From the NCBI GenBank assembly GCA_965198235.1, contig OZ240248.1, forward strand, positions 960,001 to 1,024,000: 64,000 nt of DNA, read 5' to 3'. The notes below the pieces were generated by a model. The model ran no database searches, had not been told where the DNA came from, and saw only the letters and a program-made list of their open reading frames with translations. The stretch is from Candidatus Poribacteria bacterium (GTDB taxonomy: Bacteria; Poribacteria; WGA-4E; WGA-3G). Position numbers and translations under genes: made by a program. Numbering within the stretch: position 1 is the stretch's first letter; each line of letters begins with the position of its first letter. Shown piece after piece: positions 35,954 to 47,653 of this stretch.

Positions 35954-36118
35954 ATAGTAAAGCCCGAAAATATGTAGGCAGTTGTTCAGCGAACGAACCC
36001 CCCACGGTCACCGCTGGTGAAGTGTTTTGCTCGGGGTTTTTGCTTGGGTGTTTCCCTGCGGATTTCCCCTAAGTATCCTTGCCTCCCCGCAATGTCCAAG
36101 TAATTGTAGATTTTACTA
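35954..36118. repeat. MITE-like repeat in the rpmH leader
   Basis: TAGTAAA...TTTACTA ends; internal TTTTTGCTTGGG(T/C)GTTTC recurs inverted near 35852-35872 and at ~55525-55543. Confidence 0.5.
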
Positions 36119-36202
36119 AACTATAAAATGATACCGATAGATTAAACATGTCCATTTCTGAACATATCTGTCGAAAACAGACTTTGGGCTACTAATATTT
36201 AT

Positions 36203-36231
36203 AGTATACCATAATTCCGAATAGAAGTCAA
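36203..36231 (-). promoter_or_regulatory. Sigma-70 promoter for rpmH
   Basis: TTGACT-17 nt-TATACT with extended TG. Confidence 0.7.
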
Positions 36232-36285
36232 GCCAATCTTGTGAGGTATTCTTGGAGTTGAAGGCGGGCGTTGCGGAGGTGTGTT

Positions 36286-36582
36286 TTAATCGTGCCTTCG
36301 GAGCGTCCTATTTGCTTTGCTATCACTTTGGCTGTAAAGGTTTAGGGTTTGCCCGTTATCTCTACCGAGGGGCATCCATCGGTGCATATCACGTTCTGGC
36401 AGTTTCCCTAGTTCCGAGATCTGTTGTGCCTGAAAATAGTAGGTGTAAGCATCAACGCCCGTGAAATGGCCTTCAGGGATAGCGGTTGTGCTCTGAATGC
36501 GAATCCAGAAAGCGACAAGCAGAATTGCAGACAGAAGTATTGATTTGAGTAGCGTTGAGATGTTGAACATTGTTGCGGACAT
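36286..36582 (-). pseudogene. N-terminal fragment of an STT3/AglB/PglB-type (GT-C) glycosyltransferase
   Basis: TM helix, then RIQ..FTGVDAYTYYFQAQQI...DMHRWMPLGRD (DxY and D..W.P.G of STT3 loop 1); ends after 98 aa. Confidence 0.65.
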
Positions 36583-37085
36583 TAATCCGCCGTTTCATTG
36601 TCTGCTGGATCTTCATCACTGAAATCGGTTTTGATGTTGTACCCCATTACAGGTTCATCCGTTAAGATGCCCAGTCTTTCATATCGCTCTTTGTCCTTTT
36701 TCCACGCTTTTAACCTAGCCTTTGCTTCAAGAGACGGATAGAGATAGGCTTCCGCAGTATAGAGTTCTATTGCCTCATCAACGTTGAGTCCAATGCCAAA
36801 TAGAAATTTTCGCTGGAGCCGAATATAGGTACGGACTTCTGGAATATCCCCGAACTTCTTGATAAGCGGATTGTGCGGACTCGGATTGTCGGGGTCATCG
36901 CGAAACGGGTTAAATCCGATGATGAAATCTTCTTTTTTGGTATCCTGTTTTTTGGCATCCTGTCTTTCAAGTGTGGGGTCGGGAACCGATGCGTTTTGGG
37001 GCGTTTCGTTGACGTGCCTCACACTGCAACCGGAGAGGAGGGTGATGAAAATAAAACATCCGAGTAACGTCTTCAAAGTTTTCAC
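36582..37085 (-). CDS. Lipoprotein of unknown function with FGDIPEV motif
   Basis: Lipobox LLSG-C; LIKKFGDIPEVRTY...EAIELYTAEAYLYPS. Confidence 0.8.
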   Translation of the reverse strand: MKTLKTLLGCFIFITLLSGCSVRHVNETPQNASVPDPTLERQDAKKQDTKKEDFIIGFNPFRDDPDNPSPHNPLIKKFGDIPEVRTYIRLQRKFLFGIGLNVDEAIELYTAEAYLYPSLEAKARLKAWKKDKERYERLGILTDEPVMGYNIKTDFSDEDPADNETAD

Positions 37086-37089
37086 GGCT

Positions 37090-37402
37090 TTACCTCACGA
37101 TTCGAGTGCTGCTTGGATACTCAGTGGCTCTTTTCTCCAAGAAAATCTCAAGCGTTTTCTTGGTTCTTGGATCTGGCCACAAAGAGTACTGGGCTCTTGT
37201 AAATTCAATGTGCTCATCCAAGGAGAGCGGTTGATTCTTGAGTTTTTTCTCGTTTAACGCCAAAAATGTGTGAACCTCTGGAATGTCGCCAAAACGTCGA
37301 AGTAAACTGACACGCATCATATCTACCAATTCATCTGGATCCATATCCTCAATCCGCGTGATTTTCTTTGCAAACGGGGAACGGGCGGGTTGATGTTCGT
37401 CA
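37090..37402 (-). pseudogene. 5'-truncated FGDIPEV paralog
   Basis: LLRRFGDIPEVHTF...LSLDEHIEFTRAQYSLWPD; upstream sequence is the IS701 remnant. Confidence 0.65.
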
Positions 37403-37712
37403 TCGTTTTGCCACGACCGTATCGTCAAACAGAAGGTATCCTTGTGAGTCAAACTCTATTGCCTCGCAGTGAGAGTTCGCACCGATCGCCACAGATCCCC
37501 CGCAGAGATGCGTTCCTCACGAAGCAAACGATTGAGTTGGTCGTGACTCCATCGGTCTGTATGATCCGAAAAATACGTCTGCGTGAAGTTATCGAAACTT
37601 GCTAACAGAAACTACCAGTAATCGGAAAATAACGAGTGCTTCTTTTCAGAGAGGGTTACGGTTTTCATAAACTCAGAGTATAACACATTTCTAAACTATT
37701 GCGTAAGTTCTA
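37403..37712 (-). mobile_element. IS701-family transposase remnant with its left end
   Basis: From ATG 37668: MKTVTLSEKKHSLFSDYW*FLLASFDNFTQTYFSDHTDRWSHDQLNRLLREERISAG, then frameshifted IEFDSQGYLLFDDTVVAKR; end TAGAACTTACGCA at 37700-37712. Confidence 0.8.
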
Positions 37713-37956
37713 TATCTGTGTTTCTCAAAAGGGATATGGTTCGTAGTCGCGCAATTCATTGCGCATTGCGTAAGTCCTAAAATAATTCCATTTTTCCGTG
37801 GTTTCATAACATAATAACGCGTATCAAGGATAGAAAGGTTGCATAAAATCCAGGACCATTGCGTTTTCAATTTTCTGGGGTCGTAGAGAAGACTAAAGTT
37901 TGAACAATTTTAAGAATTAAAAGCGTCTAAACGTGATCTCCTCTCTGTACTCTGAG

Positions 37957-37984
37957 AGACACAGTTTTGGGTGAAAAGGGTGCA
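37957..37984 (-). promoter_or_regulatory. ECF-type promoter TGCACC-N16-GTGTCT facing the lipoprotein/STT3 island
   Basis: TGCACC cttttcacccaaaact GTGTCT; related TGCAAC-N16-CGCGTT at 37816-37843. Confidence 0.65.
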
Positions 37985-38213
37985 TAGTCTTATTAAGAAA
38001 GCCACAAGGCACCGCGTTTTTTCTCTGCATTAGATCCCTACGCGCAACTCTTAGCGTCATCACTAACACTTTGAAAACGTAATAGGAAGGTTACCAAAAA
38101 GTGCATTGGATTGTAATTGAACTTGATAAAATTTCGATTTCAGTTCAGAATATTTTGTCAGCGGAAGTTGCAACATAAATTATAAAATCAAAGAAAGTTC
38201 TCTACAAAAAATG

Positions 38214-38242
38214 TTGACTTTTCTGCAATATAATGATATGAT
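38214..38242 (+). promoter_or_regulatory. Sigma-70 promoter of dnaA
   Basis: TTGACT-17 nt-TATGAT with extended TG. Confidence 0.7.
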
Positions 38243-38311
38243 ATTTCTTATAAAATGATTTTTTTTCATAAAAATGGTATCATAATTTTATCATAGTTTC
38301 TTACAGGAAAT

Positions 38312-39709
38312 ATGCTCATGCGGCACACCCCAAATGAAATCTGGCTGGAAATATTAGAAAAACTCAGCGAGACAGCGAGGCAGGATGTCTATCTTCACCA
38401 AGCGGTTCCGCTTTCAATCACAGCGGAGGCGTTGAATATAGCCGTCCCTTCTGCGTACACGCGTGCAAGGATTGAGGAGCGTTTTCGTGCTGATATCCAA
38501 CGGGTTTTGGCGACACTCATCGGGGCACAATGTGCACTCATCCTTACCGTAGACGAACCCACGTCCGAAGGCAGTGAAGACTTTAGCGAAACGCAGAACG
38601 AAGAGAATTTTAACCAATTGCCTAATTCAAATCGGACATCGAACACTCAGGTACCTGTGCCATCAATACAGAATGAAACAGGGTTGAATCCGAACTATCG
38701 GTTTGATAGATTCATTGTTGGTTCCAGCAATATGATTTGTCACGCGACAGCCTTAGCTGTTTCAGAAAACCCCGGACGTGACTATAACCCGCTCTTTATC
38801 TATGGCGGTGTGGGATTGGGAAAAACCCATCTGCTACATGCAATTGGTAACCGACTTTTAGCATACCAACCAGATAAGAAAGTCCTCTACGTTACATCAG
38901 AAACCTTTATGAACGAGTACGTTGAGTCCATCGTCAACCGCGGATCAGCGCAAGGATTCCGGACAAAATACCGAACCGCAGATATGCTCTTGATTGATGA
39001 CATACAGTTCTTACAAGCCAAGGAGGGTACACAAGAGGAGTTCTTTAATACCTTTAATGCCCTTCATATGAACTCAAACCAGATAGTCATGAGCAGTGAC
39101 CGGACACCAGACAACCTCGAAAACCTTGAAGAACGCCTCCAATCTCGGTTTCAATCAGGCATGGTAGCTGAAATTAGCATGCCACAATACGAAATACGTA
39201 TCGCTATTCTGCGGCAGAAATGTCGAGACCAAGGGTTGGACAATCTCCCCGATGACGTACTCAGTTACATCGCAGAGATGGTCACAACCAACATCCGAGA
39301 ACTCGAAGGAACTCTTGTGCGGCTAATTGCTCAAGCAACAATATTCAAAGAAGACTTGACTTTGGACTTCGCGCGGCAGGTACTGAGTGATGTCGGGACA
39401 CCCTCACCGATTCGACATCGAAAAACTGCTACATCAAGAGCCATACAAACAGCTGTCGCCGATTACTTTGGAATCGAAACAGAGGATCTCGTATCTCAGA
39501 AACGGACAAAGGAATTGGTGCAACCGCGTCAGATCGCTATGTACATGTGCAGAGAACTGACGCCAATGTCATATTCAAATATTGCACAAGCGTTTAATAG
39601 GGAAAATCATACGACTGTCATCCATGCCTGCAGACAGATAGAAAAAATGATTGCGGAAAATGACGAAGAGCGACAAATGATTCTCCTATTACTCGATCAA
39701 TTCCGCTAA
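38312..39709 (+). CDS. dnaA: Chromosomal replication initiator DnaA
   Basis: LNPNYRFDRFIVG, YNPLFIYGGVGLGKTHLL, LLIDDIQF, QEEFFNTFN, RLQSRF, NIRELEG, RQIAMY, NHTTVIHA. Confidence 0.98.
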   Translation: MLMRHTPNEIWLEILEKLSETARQDVYLHQAVPLSITAEALNIAVPSAYTRARIEERFRADIQRVLATLIGAQCALILTVDEPTSEGSEDFSETQNEENFNQLPNSNRTSNTQVPVPSIQNETGLNPNYRFDRFIVGSSNMICHATALAVSENPGRDYNPLFIYGGVGLGKTHLLHAIGNRLLAYQPDKKVLYVTSETFMNEYVESIVNRGSAQGFRTKYRTADMLLIDDIQFLQAKEGTQEEFFNTFNALHMNSNQIVMSSDRTPDNLENLEERLQSRFQSGMVAEISMPQYEIRIAILRQKCRDQGLDNLPDDVLSYIAEMVTTNIRELEGTLVRLIAQATIFKEDLTLDFARQVLSDVGTPSPIRHRKTATSRAIQTAVADYFGIETEDLVSQKRTKELVQPRQIAMYMCRELTPMSYSNIAQAFNRENHTTVIHACRQIEKMIAENDEERQMILLLLDQFR

Positions 39710-39794
39710 CGAAATCCGCCGGTGCTGCCGTCCCAAGTTTCCACTTTTCAGTTTCAAGTCGTCCCTTTTTCAGTTTTACGGTGCACCTCAAACT

Positions 39795-40062
39795 TGTGGA
39801 TAACTTGTGGATAACTTGTGGATAACTATGTAATTCTCTGTTGACAAATTGTGGATAACTTGTGGATAAGTCAAAAATTTTCCGTGTCTGTGGATAACTT
39901 GTGGATAAGTCAAAAAGTTATCCACAAGTTATCCACAGGTACTTGTCAATGGTGGTAAGGGTTCAGACGAGTTATCCACTTATCCACAGCCCCTACTACT
40001 GCTACTACAATTTAATATATATATATATCGTAATTAGTACAAGTATTAGGAATTGTGGATAA
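39795..40062. other. Origin of replication (oriC)
   Basis: 11 perfect TTATCCACA boxes (39795, 39806, 39817, 39850, 39861, 39889, 39900, 39918, 39929, 39980, 40054); box-GCCC-CTACTACTGCTACTAC DnaA-trios (39993-40008); AT-only tract 40009-40028. Confidence 0.95.
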
Positions 40063-40146
40063 CTCGGAAATTATCAAACAAGAAAAGTTGTCAAACAAAG
40101 AAATTTATCAAACAGGACTCAAGGAAATTTTCTGCATCTAAAACAA

Positions 40147-41499
40147 ATGCTACTCAATAAAATTGTTCTACGCAACTTCCGTAACTATGTCGATTGCGAA
40201 GTGAGTTTTTCCACGCCTGTCAATCTAATTATTGGCGGGAACGCGCAAGGGAAGACAAGTCTGCTTGAAGCAATTTATTTCCTTTGTACTGCTGAATCGC
40301 ACCGGGCGACTCGCGATGGTGAATTAATTCGGCACAACGAAGCAGGATTTTATCTGAAAGGAATGTTGGGAAACAGTCGTAACGATGTGATGTCGCTTGA
40401 GGCGATGAAGCGGGCGCGTGGGCAGTTTAAACTTAAAAAGAATGGGATGCTTCAAACGAAACGCTCTGAATGGATTGGGCAGTTTAATGCGGTGCTCTTC
40501 TCACCGGAGTCCCTTGTATTGGTGAAGGGCGGACCCGCAGAACGCCGAAGGTTTTTGGACTTGCTCATCTCACAAATCGACAGCACCTACCTAAAAAATT
40601 TGCAGAAATATAAACTGGTTCTCAGGCAACGGAACGAACTTCTTAAACAAATTCGCACGACGTTAGTGGATGCGGTACAGTTAGATGTCTGGGACAAACT
40701 TTTAATTGCCCACGGTACTGCAATTATTATAAAGCGATTGGAAATTTTTCATCAATTAAAAGCCTACGCCATGCAAAATCACCAAAAACTCACTGGTGGT
40801 CAAGAAAACCTCGCATTGACGTATTGTTCCGCGCTGATGCGGAACAATACGTCAATGCATAACACCCATAATACAGAAGATGAAGATACGGAAAATTCAA
40901 TAGGCGAATCAGAGATTGGGTTCCTTGAGACCAAAACCGAAACCGAGATATCAAAGCACTTCAATGCAGCTTTAAATGCATCGCGCGGTGCTGATTTACA
41001 GAGAGGCACAACCCTCGTCGGACCGCATCGCGACGACTTTCTCATCGAACTGGAGAACGCGTTTGGAACATCCAGCCTTGATTCCGACAGCGAAAATCGC
41101 TTGGAAGCCACGGACGCTGAGAAAGAGGAGGTGGACCACAAAGATTCCCAAATTCAAGATCCACTCCCAAAATCCGAAATTGGAACGTTCCGAGAGGGAG
41201 CGCGCGCTTACGGGTCCCAGGGTCAGCAACGGACGATAGCGTTAGCACTTAAACTGGCAGAGTTAGAATTAATCCGAGCTGTGACGGGGCAGGATCCGAT
41301 CGTCCTTCTGGACGACGTCACTTCAGAATTGGATTACAAGCGAACAGAGTATCTATTAAACGTTCTCCAAAATTTGAGTGCGCAAACCTTCATTACTGCG
41401 ACCCACGCTGAACCTCTCGTGCACCACCTCAACCAGCCAAACGTCTTAACAGTAGAAAATGCCCAGATAAACCACGCCCCCGAAACTAATTTTAAATGA
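40147..41499 (+). CDS. recF: DNA replication/repair protein RecF
   Basis: NFRNY, GGNAQGKTSLLEAI, GGPAERRRFLD, QRNELLK, GPHRDD, GSQGQQR, LLDDVTSELD. Confidence 0.97.
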   Translation: MLLNKIVLRNFRNYVDCEVSFSTPVNLIIGGNAQGKTSLLEAIYFLCTAESHRATRDGELIRHNEAGFYLKGMLGNSRNDVMSLEAMKRARGQFKLKKNGMLQTKRSEWIGQFNAVLFSPESLVLVKGGPAERRRFLDLLISQIDSTYLKNLQKYKLVLRQRNELLKQIRTTLVDAVQLDVWDKLLIAHGTAIIIKRLEIFHQLKAYAMQNHQKLTGGQENLALTYCSALMRNNTSMHNTHNTEDEDTENSIGESEIGFLETKTETEISKHFNAALNASRGADLQRGTTLVGPHRDDFLIELENAFGTSSLDSDSENRLEATDAEKEEVDHKDSQIQDPLPKSEIGTFREGARAYGSQGQQRTIALALKLAELELIRAVTGQDPIVLLDDVTSELDYKRTEYLLNVLQNLSAQTFITATHAEPLVHHLNQPNVLTVENAQINHAPETNFK

Positions 41500-41686
41500 T
41501 TGGTCCCTGGGCACCGCTTCAAATGTAAAGCAAAGACAAATTATGCCATTTAAGGAAACATAATTTCATTGCGCGGTGGCATCCGGCTAAGTCAAGTGCC
41601 ACCCGAAACCTAAAGCAGGGCATGAATTCACCGAAAACCGTTGCAGAACGAAGTGGAGCAACCCTCAGAAGTCAATAATTTAAAAA
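41490..41686. repeat. Inverted pair of family B repeats, first with nested insert 41522-41563; supplies the recF stop
   Basis: TTTTAAATGATTGG...CACCGC-TTCA[insert]TTTCATTGC-GCGGTG; reverse copy ends ATAATTTAAAA. Confidence 0.8.
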
Positions 41687-41700
41687 TTGAAAGACAGAAA

Positions 41701-42207
41701 ATGGACAAAACCCATAACCTACGCTATCTTCTCACTGAACTCATCCGAACACACGACCTTGAGCCTAAGATGCTTGAACAAAAAGTCTTCGCTCTCTGGC
41801 GGGAACACCTTCGGAAACACCTTAGCGTGCCTCTCAGCACAAAAACTGTGCCTGTATCGCTGTCGAATGGTATCCTGAAGATTTACACAGAATATCCTGC
41901 GTACAAAACAGCCTTGTCATTCCATAAACCGAAACTCTTAGCCGACATAAACGCTGAATTAGGGCAACCCATTCTCACCGACCTTCGGATAGAAATACAC
42001 CAAGTTAACACGACAGAACCTCATAAAACTGAAGACCAGCCCTTAAGCCCAGAAACGTCAGAAGAAGATTCCACCACTGGTAACACCTACCAAGTAACAC
42101 CCGAACAGTTAGAAAAAATTGAGCAATCTCTCACAAGCGTGTCTGACCCTCAACTAAAAGAATCTTTGTGGCAATTATTCACTGCGCAAAGCATAGACAA
42201 ACCTTGA
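41701..42207 (+). CDS. dciA: DUF721/DciA family protein
   Basis: Lies between recF and gyrB; VFALW..., TVPVSLSNGILKIY..., LLADINAELG...LTDLRI. Confidence 0.75.
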   Translation: MDKTHNLRYLLTELIRTHDLEPKMLEQKVFALWREHLRKHLSVPLSTKTVPVSLSNGILKIYTEYPAYKTALSFHKPKLLADINAELGQPILTDLRIEIHQVNTTEPHKTEDQPLSPETSEEDSTTGNTYQVTPEQLEKIEQSLTSVSDPQLKESLWQLFTAQSIDKP

Positions 42208-42272
42208 CAATTCCTAATGCTTTAGATTTGGGTTCACCCCACGTGTATTGTGCGAAAAAGTTCATTTTTCCC

Positions 42273-42302
42273 TTGACAAAAAGTGTCAAAAAATGATATA
42301 AT
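42273..42302 (+). promoter_or_regulatory. Consensus sigma-70 promoter of gyrB with a palindrome over the -35
   Basis: TTGACA-18 nt-TATAAT; TTGACA-AAAAG-TGTCAA. Confidence 0.8.
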
Positions 42303-42436
42303 ATCTTTACCACAAGTAACGTAATTGTAAGGAGGTACACAAGAAATTTTCCTGCGGATAGGTACCAACTCCACTAAAAATTCTCACTACAAAGCAAACC
42401 ATTCCCGTTAGGGTGATTTATAGCGAGGCATCATAA

Positions 42437-44938
<2,502 letters not shown>

Positions 44939-44983
44939 ATCTTTCATCTATTGCATTAGTTACCCGAGATCTGTAGAAAAGGA

Positions 44984-47536
44984 GTGATAAATAATACAAA
45001 AAGTAAAATGGAAAACATCCAAGAACGCAACATAGAAAACGAATTGACGACATCGTACCTCACTTACGCGATGAGCGTCAATACCAACCGTGCGATACCT
45101 GATGTCCGCGACGGTCTCAAACCGAGTACCCGTCGGATTATTTACGCGATGGGACAGATAAACCTCACTGCAAATCGGCCTTACGACAAATGCGCCGCTG
45201 TTGTTGGGGAGGTGATGAAGAACTATCATCCACACGGTGATGGGCCCATTTACGGTACTCTTGTTGGTTTAGCGCAACCGTTTAGCACGCGCTATCCATT
45301 AGTAGACGGACAGGGAAACTTCGGGAGTATTGATGACGACCCGCCGGGTGCGATGCGCTATACGGAATGCCGCCTTACTGTTATTGCCAGTGAGATGCTC
45401 ACTGACATTGAAAAGCAGGTAACTGATTTCCAGCCCAATTACAAGGATTCCCTCGAAGAACCGACAGTCCTTCCTGGGCTACTACCGAATTTGCTCGTCA
45501 ATGGCACAACAGGTATAGGTGTTGGTTACCTTACTCGCATACCGCCACACAACCTCAGTGAGGTTGTTGACGCGCTACTTCATCAGCTCACGGATCCAGA
45601 TGCCACTTCAGAAACTCTCATGGAACACATCCCTGGACCCGACTTCCCTACCGCAGGTATTATTGTCGGTACCAGTGGTATCGAACAGATGTATGCCACC
45701 GGTAGAGGGAGCATCACTATCCGAGCCAAAGCGGTCATAGAAAGAGTTTCCTTACGCGGGGCGGAACGAGAACAGATTATCATAACGGAAATTCCGTATC
45801 AGGTAAAGAAAAACCAATTGTTAGAGCGGATGTATCAATTGGTTGTCAGCAAAACTATTACTGGAATTGACGATATCCGGGATGAATCAGACCAAGAGAT
45901 TCGCATCGTCATACCCCTTAAACGCGGCGAAATTGCGCAAGTTATCCTGAATCAACTGTATAAGCACACACAAATGCAGGTAAACTTCAGTGCAAGTCTT
46001 CTCTGCCTCGTAGAGGGGCTCCCGAAGATTTTAACACTTGAGGAAATTGTTCGCCACTATCTTGAGCACCGGAGAGATGTGATTCGGCGGCGCACAGAGT
46101 TTGAACTCGCACGTGCCGAACGCAGGAATCACATCTTAGAAGGATATCTCTTAGCACTACAAAACCTCGAAGCAATTATCGAACTCGTTCAAACAGCAGA
46201 ATCGCCGCAAACAGCAGAAGAGGAGCTCCGCGAAACCTATCAACTCAGCGAGCAACAGGCGCGAGAAATCCTTACTATGACGCTCCGGCAGTTGACGGGG
46301 CTGGAACGCCAGCGAATTCACGATGAATACACAGAACTCCTGGATCACATCGCCGAATTTCGCGCAATTCTTGCCAACGAAACATTGGTAACGGATATTG
46401 TCCGAACGGAACTCGAAACCCTCAAAGAGAAATATGGGGATGAACGCCGTACCGAAATTACGGGTGAAGTCAAGGAATTTGAAGTCGAAGATCTCATCGC
46501 TGATGAGGAGATGGTGGTCACACTATCGCATGCCGGTTACATTAAACGGTTACCCATGGACACCTACCGGAAGCAGCATCGCGGCGGGGTCGGGATCAGG
46601 GGGGCTACGCGAAAAGATGGCGATTTTTTGGAACACATCTTTGTCGCCACTGCCCATCAGAACATTCTGTTTTTCACAGATTTGGGCAAATGTTATACGC
46701 TGAAAGTTCATCAGATTCCTGAAGCCAGTCGCCAATCAGCCGGACGCGCAGTGGTCAACCTACTCCGTTTATCACAGGGTGAGAATATCACAGCTTATGT
46801 TACGGTCCCTCCCAAAACCGTTAATCAAGAAAGTGAGGGAGCTGATGCCGGCGAGGTTACGGCGAGTGAATTTGTCTTCATGGCGACGCAGCAAGGCATT
46901 GTCAAAAAGACAAAACTTTCCAGTTTTGAAAACACGCTATCAAGCGGCATTATTGCTGTCAACCTTGACGATGGCGATAAGCTTGTCGGTGCACAAGTAA
47001 CGAGCGGTGATTCCCATGTTATCCTTGTCACCCACAACGGTGTTGCCATACGCTTTAGTGAGAAAGATGTTAGACCTCTCGGACGTAACACGCGCGGCGT
47101 GCGAGGGATAGAACTTGGTGCCGATGACTTCATCGCGCAAATGGTTATTGTTAACAATGAATCATCGGAAACAGATGAGACAAGTGCTTCAGAAGGAGAC
47201 GATACTCTGTTAATTGTTACAGAAAATGGATACGGTAAGCGGACGGCTGTCTCTGCTTATCGTTCGCAGAAACGCGGTGGAAAAGGTATTATCGCCATCG
47301 GGAAATCTACCCGAAACGGGGCTGTTGTCGCTGCAAAACGCGTCACAAATACTGATGAACTTGTTCTCATTAGTTCAAACGGATATGTCACCCGAACGGC
47401 GGTCGGTGACATTCGACGTATCGGGCGTAACACCCAAGGCGTACGGATAATGGCACTCCAAGCAGATGAAACACTTGTTGACGCAGCCAAGATCGAACTC
47501 TCATCCTCCCTACTTGAGGAAGAATCAGATTCCTAA
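44984..47536 (+). CDS. gyrA: DNA gyrase subunit A
   Basis: RAIPDVRDGLKP, YHPHGD, AMRYTE, GPDFPT, GyrA-box-like QHRGGVG, C-terminal blades; start GTG 44984 or ATG 45008. Confidence 0.96.
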   Translation: MINNTKSKMENIQERNIENELTTSYLTYAMSVNTNRAIPDVRDGLKPSTRRIIYAMGQINLTANRPYDKCAAVVGEVMKNYHPHGDGPIYGTLVGLAQPFSTRYPLVDGQGNFGSIDDDPPGAMRYTECRLTVIASEMLTDIEKQVTDFQPNYKDSLEEPTVLPGLLPNLLVNGTTGIGVGYLTRIPPHNLSEVVDALLHQLTDPDATSETLMEHIPGPDFPTAGIIVGTSGIEQMYATGRGSITIRAKAVIERVSLRGAEREQIIITEIPYQVKKNQLLERMYQLVVSKTITGIDDIRDESDQEIRIVIPLKRGEIAQVILNQLYKHTQMQVNFSASLLCLVEGLPKILTLEEIVRHYLEHRRDVIRRRTEFELARAERRNHILEGYLLALQNLEAIIELVQTAESPQTAEEELRETYQLSEQQAREILTMTLRQLTGLERQRIHDEYTELLDHIAEFRAILANETLVTDIVRTELETLKEKYGDERRTEITGEVKEFEVEDLIADEEMVVTLSHAGYIKRLPMDTYRKQHRGGVGIRGATRKDGDFLEHIFVATAHQNILFFTDLGKCYTLKVHQIPEASRQSAGRAVVNLLRLSQGENITAYVTVPPKTVNQESEGADAGEVTASEFVFMATQQGIVKKTKLSSFENTLSSGIIAVNLDDGDKLVGAQVTSGDSHVILVTHNGVAIRFSEKDVRPLGRNTRGVRGIELGADDFIAQMVIVNNESSETDETSASEGDDTLLIVTENGYGKRTAVSAYRSQKRGGKGIIAIGKSTRNGAVVAAKRVTNTDELVLISSNGYVTRTAVGDIRRIGRNTQGVRIMALQADETLVDAAKIELSSSLLEEESDS

Positions 47537-47548
47537 AAAAGAGGAGAT

Positions 47549-47645
47549 AGTTGCCAGTTTTCAGTTAACAGTTTTCAGTTACAAGAGGTTTGTGGTTAAA
47601 CAAATCCCTCTTTAACTGAAGACTGAAGGCTGAAGGCTGATAACT
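47549..47645. repeat. Family C repeat
   Basis: AGTTGCCAGTTTTCAGTTAACAGTTTTCAGTT...AGAGG...CCTCTTTAACTGAAGACTGAAGGCTGAAGGCTGATAACT. Confidence 0.75.
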
Positions 47646-47653
47646 CACAAACA

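Noticed and set aside
39792-39937. Tandem 11-mers as a CRISPR array or satellite
   Set aside because: They are DnaA boxes with no unique spacers, and there are no cas genes in the window.
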